Assembly (NCBI RefSeq): GCF_013149785.1
Contig: NZ_JABEZU010000001.1
Location: 868,001-932,000 of the forward strand
Source: Isoptericola halotolerans
GTDB lineage: Bacteria > Actinomycetota > Actinomycetes > Actinomycetales > Cellulomonadaceae
Direction: 5' to 3'
DNA: 64,000 nt
The notes under the pieces: generated by a model
The model's input: only the letters and a program-made list of their open reading frames with translations
What the model was told of the DNA's origin: nothing
Databases searched by the model: none
Part shown: piece after piece, positions 1 to 8,651 of the stretch
How the letters are laid out: every line of letters begins with the position of its first letter
How positions within the stretch are numbered: the first letter of the stretch is position 1
Position numbers and translations under genes: made by a program

Positions 1-271
1 GAAGCTCTTCACCGTCGAGGAGCGTGACCTGCCCGCCTCGTCGCTCGCCGCGCGGTTCGCTGCGAAGGAGGCCATCGCCAAGGCTCTCGGTGCTCCGGGG
101 ACCATGCACTGGCACGATGCGACCGTGCATCGGGTGGTCGGCGGTCCGCCTGAGGTGGAGCTGCGGGGCACGGTGCAGGCACGGGCCGACGAGCTGGGTG
201 TGCGGCACTGGCACCTGTCGATCTCCCACGACGCGGGGATCTCCTCGGCCATGGTGATCGCCGAGGGCTGA
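1..271 (+). CDS. acpS: Holo-[acyl-carrier-protein] synthase (5'-truncated by window edge)
   Basis: Hand translation of frame 2: [30 protein letters not shown]...[29 protein letters not shown] and SISHD motifs; TGA at 269-271; usual position upstream of nnr/alr. Confidence 0.95.
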   Translation, partial: KLFTVEERDLPASSLAARFAAKEAIAKALGAPGTMHWHDATVHRVVGGPPEVELRGTVQARADELGVRHWHLSISHDAGISSAMVIAEG

Positions 272-280
272 CCCCCTTGG

Positions 281-363
281 CGCCGAGCATGCGGTGACGG
301 CCCGTCCGCGGTGGCAGACGGGCCGTCACCGCATGCTCGACGGTTGCCGGGGCATGCTCGGCG
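281..363. repeat. Family-1 palindrome, copy A (26 bp arms, 10 nt loop) plus extra half-arm at 352-363
   Basis: cgccgagcatgcggtgacggcccgtc-cgcggtggca-gacgggccgtcaccgcatgctcgacg (281-342, 1 mismatch), then 9 nt and gcatgctcggcg. Confidence 0.9.
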
Positions 364-391
364 GAGGAGCAGGGTCCACGGGCGGCGGCGG

Positions 392-1324
392 TCAGGATCT
401 CAGCGCGCGCCGCACCGTCCCGGCGATCGAGCCGAGGTCGCGCGACGTGAACCTCAGCAGGTCCACCGCCCCGGTGCCGGTGAGGAGATTCTGCCGGCGG
501 CGGTCGGCAAAGAGCGCCGTGGGTGAACCGTGGACGTCGAGACCGTCCATCTCCACGACGAGCCACCGACCGCCGGCGCGCCACCAGGCCATGTCGCCGC
601 GCGCCACGACCCGGCCCGAGCCGTCGACCAGGGGCAGCTGGAGCATCGTCGGTGGCACACCGGCCTCGATGCACTCCCACCGGGCGAACGACTCCAGGGG
701 CGACTCGGCCCGGGCGTCCGCCTCGCTCCACAGCACATGACGGCTCGCCACACCTCGGCGGCCACGGGCGTGCTCGTGCGACCGCAGCAGGGACGCCCGG
801 GACACGGCCCCGGTCCGCAGTGCAGCGTCCAGCACGGCGAGGCCGTAGCGGTGCGGCAGCTCGGGCACCGACTGGGCGAGGGCCCACTCGACGCTCACCG
901 CCCGGCAGCCGGGCATCTCGACGACCACCATGCCGTCGTCGAACTGGCGCAGGGAGACTCCTTCGCGGTTCCGTCGGTTCACCGCACCCGGCAGGGCAGC
1001 CTCGGCCGGGATGGTCCGGGGGAGCCCGGCGATCCCGTGCAGCGCGAGGGCGCAGCGGCCGACGGCGACCGCGTCCGGTCCGAAGGTGAGCATCGCGAGC
1101 CAGGCCGATCGCCGTCGTCGGGCATCGAGGTCCGACGCCGGTGGTGCCGCGTCGCGGACCTCGTAGACCTGGCGGGCCACACGGCGCCAGCGACATCGTG
1201 CCACCAGCCCGCGGACGTCCTTGTCGCTCAGCCCGAGCTCTCGGCACTGGTCGAGAGCGACCAGGCCCGACTGGTGCAGTGCCAGCCGGTGCAGCGCCGA
1301 GGGCGTCTCTGCTCGTGGATGCAT
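392..1324 (-). CDS. AbiEi-like HTH + DUF559/Vsr-like PD-(D/E)XK endonuclease-domain protein (paralog 1)
   Basis: N-term QSGLVALDQCRELGL...WRRVARQVY; C-term AESPLES..R....G.P...Q..., DMAW, VEMDGLDVH, DRRRQNLL, LRFTSRD; start trimmed from ORF 392..1705 to MHPRAE (1333 also possible). Confidence 0.8.
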   Translation of the reverse strand: MHPRAETPSALHRLALHQSGLVALDQCRELGLSDKDVRGLVARCRWRRVARQVYEVRDAAPPASDLDARRRRSAWLAMLTFGPDAVAVGRCALALHGIAGLPRTIPAEAALPGAVNRRNREGVSLRQFDDGMVVVEMPGCRAVSVEWALAQSVPELPHRYGLAVLDAALRTGAVSRASLLRSHEHARGRRGVASRHVLWSEADARAESPLESFARWECIEAGVPPTMLQLPLVDGSGRVVARGDMAWWRAGGRWLVVEMDGLDVHGSPTALFADRRRQNLLTGTGAVDLLRFTSRDLGSIAGTVRRALRS

Positions 1325-1426
1325 GGCCTGCATCCCAGCAGCCGGGCTCGGGGGGCGGGCACCGGTGTGGCGGTTCTGTGGACGGAGGTCCATGGTGGGC
1401 GGCCTCGTTCCGCCGGACCGTGTGCT

Positions 1427-1509
1427 CGCCGACCATACCCTACGGCCCGCCGACCATGCGATGGCGGCCCGTCCGCGGAGGCAGACGGGCCGCCATCGCA
1501 TGGTCGGCG
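1427..1509. repeat. Family-1 palindrome, copy B (perfect 26 bp arms, 10 nt loop) plus extra half-arm at 1427-1436
   Basis: cgccgaccatgcgatggcggcccgtc-cgcggaggca-gacgggccgccatcgcatggtcggcg (1448-1509); cgccgaccat repeated 21 nt earlier. Confidence 0.9.
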
Positions 1510-1536
1510 CAGCAGGAGGAGAGAGAGGAGGAGGGG

Positions 1537-2592
1537 TCAGTCCTGGAGCTCGGGGATCACCTGCCGCTGGAACAGCTCGATCTGGTCGCGGTCCCGGGCG
1601 GCGTCGGCGAAGTACGTGATCGCGTAGGTCATGCCCAGCGACCTCATCTCCGTGAGCTTCTCGACGATCTGCTCCGGTGTCCCGACCATGAGCCCGTGGC
1701 GCCACAGCGAGCTCTCACGGTGTCCCTTGTCACCGGGCGCGTACCGGGCGAAGTGGTCGTCGATCCACGCGAGCTTGTCGTCGATCGCTGCCTGGTTCTC
1801 GCCGATCACCACGTTGTAGTTGGCCGAGCGGGTGATCTCGCCGAAGTCCCGCCCGACGTCGCGGCAGTGCTCCTCGAGGATCCTCGACCTGTGCGCGAAC
1901 TCCTCCGGGCTGCCCGAGAAGTTCGTGTACTGCGCGTGCTGCGCGGCGATGCGCAGGGTCTTCTTCTCGCCGCCGCCCGCGATCCACAGCGGGATGCTCG
2001 GGACCTCCGCGCCGCCGTCCCCGACGGGCAGCTGCTGCAGCGGCTGCGGGTAGCACAGTGCCCCGTCCACCTGGTACCGCTTGCCCTCGAAGGTGCCGGA
2101 CGACCCGGTGCGCCACATGCGCTCCATGATCTGCACGCCTTCGTCCAGCGCACGCAGCCGCTCCCCGGCGGTGGGGAAGCCGTAGCCGTACGCCCGCCAC
2201 TCGTGCTCGTACCAGCCCGCGCCGATGCCCATCTCGACGCGGCCGCCGGAGATCGCGTCCACGGTGGAGGCGACCTTCGCCAGGTAGGTCGGCTCGCGGT
2301 AGGCCATGCAGGTGCACATCTGCCCGAGCCGCACCCGCTGGGAGGCGGCGGCGAAGGCGGCCATGAGCGACCAGGCCTCGTGCGTCGCCTCGGTGCTGGC
2401 GACCGGGACGGTGTGGAAGTGGTCGTAGACCCACACCGACTCCCAGGCGAACTCGCCGCCCGGGACGGCCTCGCCGGCCGCGGCGTTGTCGGCGTAGTGG
2501 AGGAGAGACAGCATCGTCTCCCAGTGCTGCTCCGGGGGGATGTCGGTGAGCGACATACGCCAGCCCTGCGGGATGAAGAGTCCGAATCGCAT
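1537..2592 (-). CDS. LLM-class (luciferase-like) probably F420-dependent oxidoreductase
   Basis: MRFGLFIPQGW, WVYDHFHTVP, RLGQMCTCMAYR, GIGAGWYEHE, WIAGGGEKKTLRIAA; TAGGCT 6 nt upstream of ATG. Confidence 0.9.
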   Translation of the reverse strand: MRFGLFIPQGWRMSLTDIPPEQHWETMLSLLHYADNAAAGEAVPGGEFAWESVWVYDHFHTVPVASTEATHEAWSLMAAFAAASQRVRLGQMCTCMAYREPTYLAKVASTVDAISGGRVEMGIGAGWYEHEWRAYGYGFPTAGERLRALDEGVQIMERMWRTGSSGTFEGKRYQVDGALCYPQPLQQLPVGDGGAEVPSIPLWIAGGGEKKTLRIAAQHAQYTNFSGSPEEFAHRSRILEEHCRDVGRDFGEITRSANYNVVIGENQAAIDDKLAWIDDHFARYAPGDKGHRESSLWRHGLMVGTPEQIVEKLTEMRSLGMTYAITYFADAARDRDQIELFQRQVIPELQD

Positions 2593-2611
2593 GCCGCGAG
2601 CCTAGTCCGGT

Positions 2612-2659
2612 CGTGCCTGCGGCGCGCCCCTCGTCCGTGCCTGCGGCGCGCCCCTCGTC
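2612..2659. repeat. 24 bp tandem duplication in divergent intergenic region
   Basis: cgtgcctgcggcgcgcccctcgtc x2. Confidence 0.85.
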
Positions 2660-2687
2660 CGGGCGCGCGTCGTGGCACGCTGGACGC

Positions 2688-3473
2688 ATGACCTCTGTGC
2701 TCGCCGGACCACCGTCGATGCTCTCCGTGCCGGCCGGGACGATCGACCTGCGCGACGCGCGGACGGGCTCGGTCCGTGAGGTCGGGCTGCAACCGTTCTC
2801 GATCGGGGCGACACCGGTCACGCGACGACAGTGGGAGCTCGTCGGACCATCGTCCGCGCGCGAGCGCCCGACCGTCCCCGTGCGTCCCGTCTCCTGGTTC
2901 GACGCCGTGTCCTGGTGCAACGCCGCCTCGACGACGGCGGGCCTCCGGACGGCCTACACGATCGAGGGCCGGGCGGTCACCTGGGACACCACCGCCGACG
3001 GGTTCCGTCTGCCCACCGAGGCCGAGTGGGAGCATGCGGCCCGCGCCGGCAGCACCGCCCCGACCTACGGTCCGCTCGCGGCGGTCGCCTGGACGGCTCT
3101 CGACGAGGTCGACGGCGTGCAGCCGGTCGCGCGCAAGGAACCGAACGCGTTCGGGGTCTACGACATGCTCGGCAACGTCTGGGAGTGGTGCTGGGACTAC
3201 GCCGACCCGGCACGGTACGCGGACTACCGGGTGCTCCGGGGCGGCGGCTGGGCGGACCGGCACTGGAGCGTCCGCGCCTCGGTGCGCCGGGGGAGCCTGC
3301 CCGAGGCACGGCTCGAGGACGTGGGGTTCCGTGTGGCGCGTGGGGCCGTCGGGCAGGTCGGTTCCGCGCAGGGGTGGTCCGCGCGACGCGACCGGGAGCG
3401 CGCGGACGTCCGTGGTCCGGTGCCGTTCGGCTGGACGCCGCTGCGGGAGCTGCTCGAGGACGGTGCTCGGTGA
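2688..3473 (+). CDS. Formylglycine-generating enzyme (SUMF1/FGE-sulfatase) family protein
   Basis: FRLPTEAEWEHAARAG, PNAFGVYDMLGNVWEWCWD, RVLRGGGW, GFRVAR. Confidence 0.9.
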   Translation: MTSVLAGPPSMLSVPAGTIDLRDARTGSVREVGLQPFSIGATPVTRRQWELVGPSSARERPTVPVRPVSWFDAVSWCNAASTTAGLRTAYTIEGRAVTWDTTADGFRLPTEAEWEHAARAGSTAPTYGPLAAVAWTALDEVDGVQPVARKEPNAFGVYDMLGNVWEWCWDYADPARYADYRVLRGGGWADRHWSVRASVRRGSLPEARLEDVGFRVARGAVGQVGSAQGWSARRDRERADVRGPVPFGWTPLRELLEDGAR

Positions 3474-5038
3474 TCAGCGCCTGGGACGCCGACGACGTCC
3501 GTGCCGCCGAGGCGCCGCTGCTGGAGGCCGGTGAGCCGCTCATGGACCGCGCCGCCTTCGCGCTCGCGCGGCAGGTGCTCGCGGACCTGCGGGCCCGACG
3601 GCGGCACCTGCGGGGCGCTCGCGTCGTGCTGCTGGTGGGGGCCGGCAACAACGGTGGCGACGCGCTGTTCGCCGGCGCGGTGCTGGCGCGCCGGGGGGTC
3701 GCCGTGACGGCGGTGCTCGTCTCCGACCGGGCGCACGACGGCGGGCTCACCACCCTGCGGCGTGCCGGCGGGCGGGTGGTGGACCTGGCGGGCGAGGGAC
3801 CCGAGCGGGTCGGTGCTGTCGCCGCCCAGGCCGCCCGGGCCGACGTCGTCGTCGACGGGGTGCTCGGCATCGGTGCCCGCGGGGCGCTGCGTGGCCGGGC
3901 CGCCGAGCTGGTCGATGCCCTCGCCGAGGCCCTGGCGCGCGGCGACGGACCCGCGGACGGACCCGGACGCCCCTGGGTCGTGGCCGTCGACCTGCCCTCC
4001 GGCATCGGGGCCGACGACGGCACGCTGCCCGGCCCGGTCCTGCCCGCCGACCGCACGGTCACCTTCGGGGCGGTCAAGCCTGGTCTGCTGCTCCCGCCGG
4101 CCGCCTCCCGCTGCGGTGAGGTCACCGCGGTGGACATCGGGCTGGCCCTCGACGGCCCGCCGGCGCTGCGCCGGCTCGAGGCCGCCGACGTCGGCCGCGC
4201 GTGGCCGGTGCCAGGCCCCGCCGACCACAAGTACACCCGTGGCGTGGTCGGCGTGGTCGCCGGCACGGCCGCCTACCCGGGCGCCGCCGTCCTCACCACG
4301 TCGGGCGCGGTCCGTGCCGGCGCGGGGATGGTCCGCTACCGGGGGCCGGGCGCTGTCGGGCAGGCCGTGGTGGCGGCACGGCCCGAGGTGGTGGTGGGCC
4401 CCGGTCGCGTGCAGTCCTGGGTGGTCGGACCCGGGATCCCCAGCGGCCCCGACCAGCCGCCCGACGCCGACGACGGCCAGCACGAGCGCGGCGGTGCCGC
4501 CCTGGCCGCCGCCCGCGGCGAGCTGGCGGGCGTGCGTGAGCCCGCCCCCGCCGTCGTCGACGCCGGTGGCCTGGCCCTGCTCGGTGACCGCTGCCCCCCG
4601 TGGTTCGTCCTGACCCCGCACGCCGGCGAGCTGACGACGCTCCTGCGGTCGCGGGGTGAGGACGTCCGGCGCCACGAGGTCGAGGCGGCGCCGCTGCGGT
4701 GGGCACGCCGGGCACAGGAGCTCACCGGCGCGACCGTGCTGCTCAAGGGCGGCGTGACCGTCGTCGTCGGGCCGCGCGGCGCCTTCTCGCAGGCCGACGC
4801 GCCGGGCTGGCTGGCCACCGCGGGCGCCGGTGACGTGCTGGCCGGGCTGCTGGGCGCGATGCTCGCGGCGCGCTCTGCCGAGGTGGTCGAGCAGCCGACG
4901 CTCGCGGCCGAGGTCGCCGCCGCTGCCGCCCTGGTGCACGGCCGGGCGGCGCGCCGCGCGAACCCCGGGGGGCCGGTGGCCGCGCTCGACGTGGCCGAGG
5001 CGGTCCCGGCCACCGTGGCGGAGCTCGTCGGACGGTGA
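3470..5038 (+). CDS. nnr: Bifunctional NAD(P)H-hydrate epimerase/dehydratase
   Basis: LLVGAGNNGGDAL, VAVDLPSG, HKYTRGVVG, LTPHAGE, LATAGAGDVLAG; GTG overlaps FGE stop (GTGA). Confidence 0.92.
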   Translation: MISAWDADDVRAAEAPLLEAGEPLMDRAAFALARQVLADLRARRRHLRGARVVLLVGAGNNGGDALFAGAVLARRGVAVTAVLVSDRAHDGGLTTLRRAGGRVVDLAGEGPERVGAVAAQAARADVVVDGVLGIGARGALRGRAAELVDALAEALARGDGPADGPGRPWVVAVDLPSGIGADDGTLPGPVLPADRTVTFGAVKPGLLLPPAASRCGEVTAVDIGLALDGPPALRRLEAADVGRAWPVPGPADHKYTRGVVGVVAGTAAYPGAAVLTTSGAVRAGAGMVRYRGPGAVGQAVVAARPEVVVGPGRVQSWVVGPGIPSGPDQPPDADDGQHERGGAALAAARGELAGVREPAPAVVDAGGLALLGDRCPPWFVLTPHAGELTTLLRSRGEDVRRHEVEAAPLRWARRAQELTGATVLLKGGVTVVVGPRGAFSQADAPGWLATAGAGDVLAGLLGAMLAARSAEVVEQPTLAAEVAAAAALVHGRAARRANPGGPVAALDVAEAVPATVAELVGR

Positions 5039-5592
5039 CGGTGTTCGCGCGCTTCGCGCCGCACCGGCACGGGACGCCGGTCCCGGTGACGGTGCGGCCC
5101 GCCACGGTCGCGGACCTGTCGGCGATCGGGACGATCCAGGAGGCTGCGGGCCAGACGCGGCTTCTCGACGGTATCCGCGCGGCGGTGCTCGACAGCGGCC
5201 GGCTCGTGGTCGTCGCCGAGGTCGGTGCAGGCGGGGCCCACGGGCCGGCCGTGGTCGGCTGGGGCAAGACGCACCAGCACCCGCGGCCCGACGGCGTCGC
5301 ACCGGCCGGGCACTACCTCGGCGGGGTGACGGTGGACCCGGCGTGGCGGCGACGCGGGATCGCGACGGCGCTCACCGCGGCACGCATGGCCTGGGTCGCC
5401 GACCGTGCCGACCGGGTCCACTACGTCGTCAACGCCGCCAACGCCGCCTCGGTCGCCCTGCACGAGCGCTGGGGCTTCCACGAGGTCGCACGGGCCGCGG
5501 CGTTCCACGGCGTCACGTTCGCCGGCGGCGACGGACTGCTGATGGCCGCGGACGTCGGCCCGCCGGGAACCCGCCGTCGGACCGGCCGGTGA
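5035..5592 (+). CDS. GNAT family N-acetyltransferase
   Basis: VDPAWRRRGIATAL, NAASVALHERWGF. Confidence 0.85.
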   Translation: MTVFARFAPHRHGTPVPVTVRPATVADLSAIGTIQEAAGQTRLLDGIRAAVLDSGRLVVVAEVGAGGAHGPAVVGWGKTHQHPRPDGVAPAGHYLGGVTVDPAWRRRGIATALTAARMAWVADRADRVHYVVNAANAASVALHERWGFHEVARAAAFHGVTFAGGDGLLMAADVGPPGTRRRTGR

Positions 5593-6075
5593 CTACCGTG
5601 GCAGGTGGGCCTCGATCGCCTCGATGATCTCCGGGTCGTCGGGGACGGTCTTGGGGGAGTAGCGGCGCACCTCGCCGCCGGGCAGCACGAGAAACTTCTC
5701 GAAGTTCCAGCGGATCTTGCCGTCGTGCCCGCCGGCGTCCGGCGTCTTCGTCAGCTCCTGGTAGAGCGGGTGGGCGTTGCGGCCGTTGACCTTGACCTTC
5801 GAGACCACGGGGAAGGTGACCCCGTAGGTGGTGGAGCAGAACTCGGCGATCTTCTCGTCGCTGGACAGCTCCTGCAGGAACTGGTTGCTGGGGAAGCCCA
5901 CCACGGTGAACCCCCGGTCCGCGTACTTGCGCTGCAGGGCCTCCAGCGTGTCGTACTGCGGGGTCAGGCCGCAGCGCGAGGCGACGTTGACCACCAGCAC
6001 CACGTCGTCGCGGTGCTCGGCGAGGGTCGCGGAGGTGCCGTCCATACGGTCGAAGGGGATGTCGTAGAGGCTCAT
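5593..6075 (-). CDS. Glutathione peroxidase family (BtuE/Gpx)
   Basis: LVVNVASRCGLTPQY, GFPSNQF, WNFEKFL. Confidence 0.93.
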   Translation of the reverse strand: MSLYDIPFDRMDGTSATLAEHRDDVVLVVNVASRCGLTPQYDTLEALQRKYADRGFTVVGFPSNQFLQELSSDEKIAEFCSTTYGVTFPVVSKVKVNGRNAHPLYQELTKTPDAGGHDGKIRWNFEKFLVLPGGEVRRYSPKTVPDDPEIIEAIEAHLPR

Positions 6076-6923
6076 GCGTCCATCTTGGCCCGACGACGAC
6101 GCTGCCACCAGGCCCCGAGGCCCGCGACGACGACCAGGGTGACCAGCAGCCCGACCCACCCGATGCCCTCGGCGGCCCCCGCGAGCCAGCGCTGCACGGA
6201 CGCGGCGGCGCCGACCACGGGGTCCTCACCGGCCCGGCCCGCCAGCACCCGCAGCTCCCAGAACCCGTACCAGGCCACGTACAGCCCGGCGATCAGCAGG
6301 ATCGCCCCGCCGACCCGCGCGAGGACCGGGCCGGCGCTGCGGGCCCGCCCCACGACGCCGGCCCCGGCGGTCGCGACGACGACGGCGGCCGTCCCGACGA
6401 GCAGCGCCATCCCGGCCGCGTACGTGGCGAACAGGGCGACACCCTGCCCGACGGACCCGGCGCGGAAGGCCGTGACCACGACGGCGAGGAACGGTGCGAT
6501 CGTGCACGTCAGGGACGCCAGCGCGTACGAGGCGCCGAAGCCGACCACGGACCACCAACGGTCCGTCAGGGGCCTGCCGCTGCCGGTGCGCAGCAGCCGC
6601 AGCCCGGGCAGCTCGCGGCCGGCGACCACCCAGATGCCCGCCGCGGCGAGCACGACCCCCAGGACCAGGGTGAACGCGGGCAGCCAGCGCTGCACGGAGC
6701 TGGCCACGGGAGCGACGACCAGGCCGAACACGCCGAACACCGCCACGAAGCCGAGCGTGAGGGCCGCCGTGGAGCGCAGCGCGCGGCCGACGGCGGAGGC
6801 CCGGCCGTCGTCGGGTCGCACCAGTGTGGCGAGGTAGGCGGGCAGCAGGGCGAAGCCGCAGGGGTTGACCGCCGCCACCAGCCCGGCGCCGAGCGCGAGC
6901 GCGAACGCGCCGTCGCCGAGCAC
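6072..6923 (-). CDS. CcdA/DsbD-like membrane thiol:disulfide electron transporter
   Basis: NPCGFALLPAY and SLTCTIAPF Cys motifs, multiple hydrophobic helices. Confidence 0.88.
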   Translation of the reverse strand: MLGDGAFALALGAGLVAAVNPCGFALLPAYLATLVRPDDGRASAVGRALRSTAALTLGFVAVFGVFGLVVAPVASSVQRWLPAFTLVLGVVLAAAGIWVVAGRELPGLRLLRTGSGRPLTDRWWSVVGFGASYALASLTCTIAPFLAVVVTAFRAGSVGQGVALFATYAAGMALLVGTAAVVVATAGAGVVGRARSAGPVLARVGGAILLIAGLYVAWYGFWELRVLAGRAGEDPVVGAAASVQRWLAGAAEGIGWVGLLVTLVVVAGLGAWWQRRRRAKMDA

Positions 6924-6927
6924 CGGC

Positions 6928-7566
6928 TCAGCCCGCGAGGTCGGCGACGGCGGCCTCGAGCTCGGGCTCGGTGAGCACGCCCTCGGCGACGATCTCGCCG
7001 TCGGCGTCCAGCACCACGAACGTCGACTGCTGGGTCATCCCGAAGTGCTGCCAGACGTCCCCGGCGTCGTCGACGAGGTGCGTGATCCCGGCGATGTCCT
7101 CCTCGGCCATGCCGCTGATGGCCGAGGCGTCGTCGAGCCCGCCGACCCCGACCACCGCGACGTCGTCGCCGTACTCCTCGGCGAGGCCGGTGACGGCCGG
7201 GATCTGCATGATGCAGGTGGGGCACCACGGGGCCCAGAACCACAGCACGGCCGGCGCCCCCGCGAGGGACGAACCCTCGAAGGTCCCGCCGTCCAGGGTG
7301 GTGGCGGAGAAGTCGTAGACAGGGCTCGTCCCCATCTCGTCGCTCATGTCGTCCGCCATGTCGTCGGCCTCGTCGTTCATGTCGTCCGCCATGTCGTCGG
7401 CCTCGTCGTTCATGGCGTCGTCCGAGGCGGCCATGTCGTCCGTCGCCGCCGTCTCCTCGGTCGCGTCGGAGCCGGGTGAGGCCTCCGGCTCGGCGGCGCA
7501 CCCGGCCAGCGTGAGGGTGGCGGCCGTGGCCAGGGCAAGGGCTGTGCGGTGCAGTCGGCGGTCCAT
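6928..7566 (-). CDS. TlpA/redoxin family thioredoxin-like lipoprotein with Met/Asp-rich linker
   Basis: Lipobox LAGC, WFWAPWCPTC active site; start trimmed to MDRRLHR. Confidence 0.88.
   Translation of the reverse strand: MDRRLHRTALALATAATLTLAGCAAEPEASPGSDATEETAATDDMAASDDAMNDEADDMADDMNDEADDMADDMSDEMGTSPVYDFSATTLDGGTFEGSSLAGAPAVLWFWAPWCPTCIMQIPAVTGLAEEYGDDVAVVGVGGLDDASAISGMAEEDIAGITHLVDDAGDVWQHFGMTQQSTFVVLDADGEIVAEGVLTEPELEAAVADLAG
7345..7410. repeat. 33 bp coding tandem repeat (NDEADDMADDM x2) within the redoxin linker
   Basis: catgtcgtccgccatgtcgtcggcctcgtcgtt x2. Confidence 0.85.
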
Positions 7567-7647
7567 GCGACCAGTCTGACCGCCCCCGGTCGCCGCGGGG
7601 AGCCCCGGACGCCTTACGAGGTCGTGACGCCGCGCGACAATGGGGCC

Positions 7648-8637
7648 ATGCCGTCCCCGCGCAAGCATGTGCCGCCGCTGCCCGTGCGGGACGGTCTCAA
7701 CCCCACCCGGCTGGTCCTGCCGCACGACCCGGGCTCGGTGGCGCGGTACGCCACCGCTGTGGCGTACCTGCTCGACCGGTTCCCCGACGACACCGACCGG
7801 CTGCGCGAGAAGATCGCGGCCGAGGAGGTCGTCACCGGCGAGGGCACCCCGGTGACCGCGGCCACGCCCTACGCGCCGCGCGGGTTCCTCTACCTGTACC
7901 GCGACCCGCCGGCCGCCGAGCCCGGGGTCCCGGCGCTCGCGGACGTCGAGGTGCTGCACCGCGACGACGACCTGCTCGTCGTGGACAAGCCCCACCTCGT
8001 GGCGACGACGCCGCGCGGCCGCTGGGTCACGCAGACGGTGCTGACGCACCTGCGCGTCACCCTCGACCTGCCCGACCTGGTGCCCGCGCACCGCCTGGAC
8101 CGACCCACGGCAGGCGTCCTGGTCCTCACGGTGCGCCCGCAGGTGCGCGGCGCCTACCAGACGGTCTTCCAGGAACGCCGGGCGCGCAAGACCTACGAGG
8201 CGGTCGCGGCCCTGCCCGACGACGACGCGCCGCCGTTCCCGCGGACCGTGAGCTCGCGCATCGTCAAGCGTCGCGGCGTCGTGCGGGCCGAGGAGGTTCC
8301 GGGCGAGCCCAACGCGGAGTCCTCGATCGAGCTGGTCGGCAGCGACGAGGAGCGAGGTCTCGGGCTCTACCGGCTCGCGCCGCGCACCGGCAAGACGCAC
8401 CAGCTCCGCCTGCACATGGCCTCGCTCGGACTGCCGATCCTGCACGACCCCTTCTGGCCGGAGCTGCGGGCCGACGGCGACGACGGCGTGGACGACGCCG
8501 GCCCGCCGCTGCAGCTCCTGGCACGCTCGCTGGAGTTCGACGACCCGCTGACCGGCGCACCCCGTCGCTTCACGTCGCGTCGGACCCTGGCCGAGTGGCC
8601 GGGCTGCGAGGAGGACGGCTCGCAGGGGCCGAGGTGA
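7648..8637 (+). CDS. RluA-family pseudouridine synthase
   Basis: VVDKPH, PAHRLDRPTAGV, PRTGKTHQLRLHM. Confidence 0.9.
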   Translation: MPSPRKHVPPLPVRDGLNPTRLVLPHDPGSVARYATAVAYLLDRFPDDTDRLREKIAAEEVVTGEGTPVTAATPYAPRGFLYLYRDPPAAEPGVPALADVEVLHRDDDLLVVDKPHLVATTPRGRWVTQTVLTHLRVTLDLPDLVPAHRLDRPTAGVLVLTVRPQVRGAYQTVFQERRARKTYEAVAALPDDDAPPFPRTVSSRIVKRRGVVRAEEVPGEPNAESSIELVGSDEERGLGLYRLAPRTGKTHQLRLHMASLGLPILHDPFWPELRADGDDGVDDAGPPLQLLARSLEFDDPLTGAPRRFTSRRTLAEWPGCEEDGSQGPR

Positions 8638-8651
8638 GAGAATCGCTGACC

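Noticed and set aside
392..1324. Type IV toxin-antitoxin (AbiE) call for this gene and 55578-56591
   Set aside because: No adjacent AbiEii nucleotidyltransferase; the C-terminus carries a Vsr/DUF559-like motif instead.
281..1509. Classical IS element (DDE or IS200/IS605 HUH)
   Set aside because: No recognisable DDE triad or HUH/Y1 motif and no clear flanking target-site duplication, so it was not annotated as a known mobile element.
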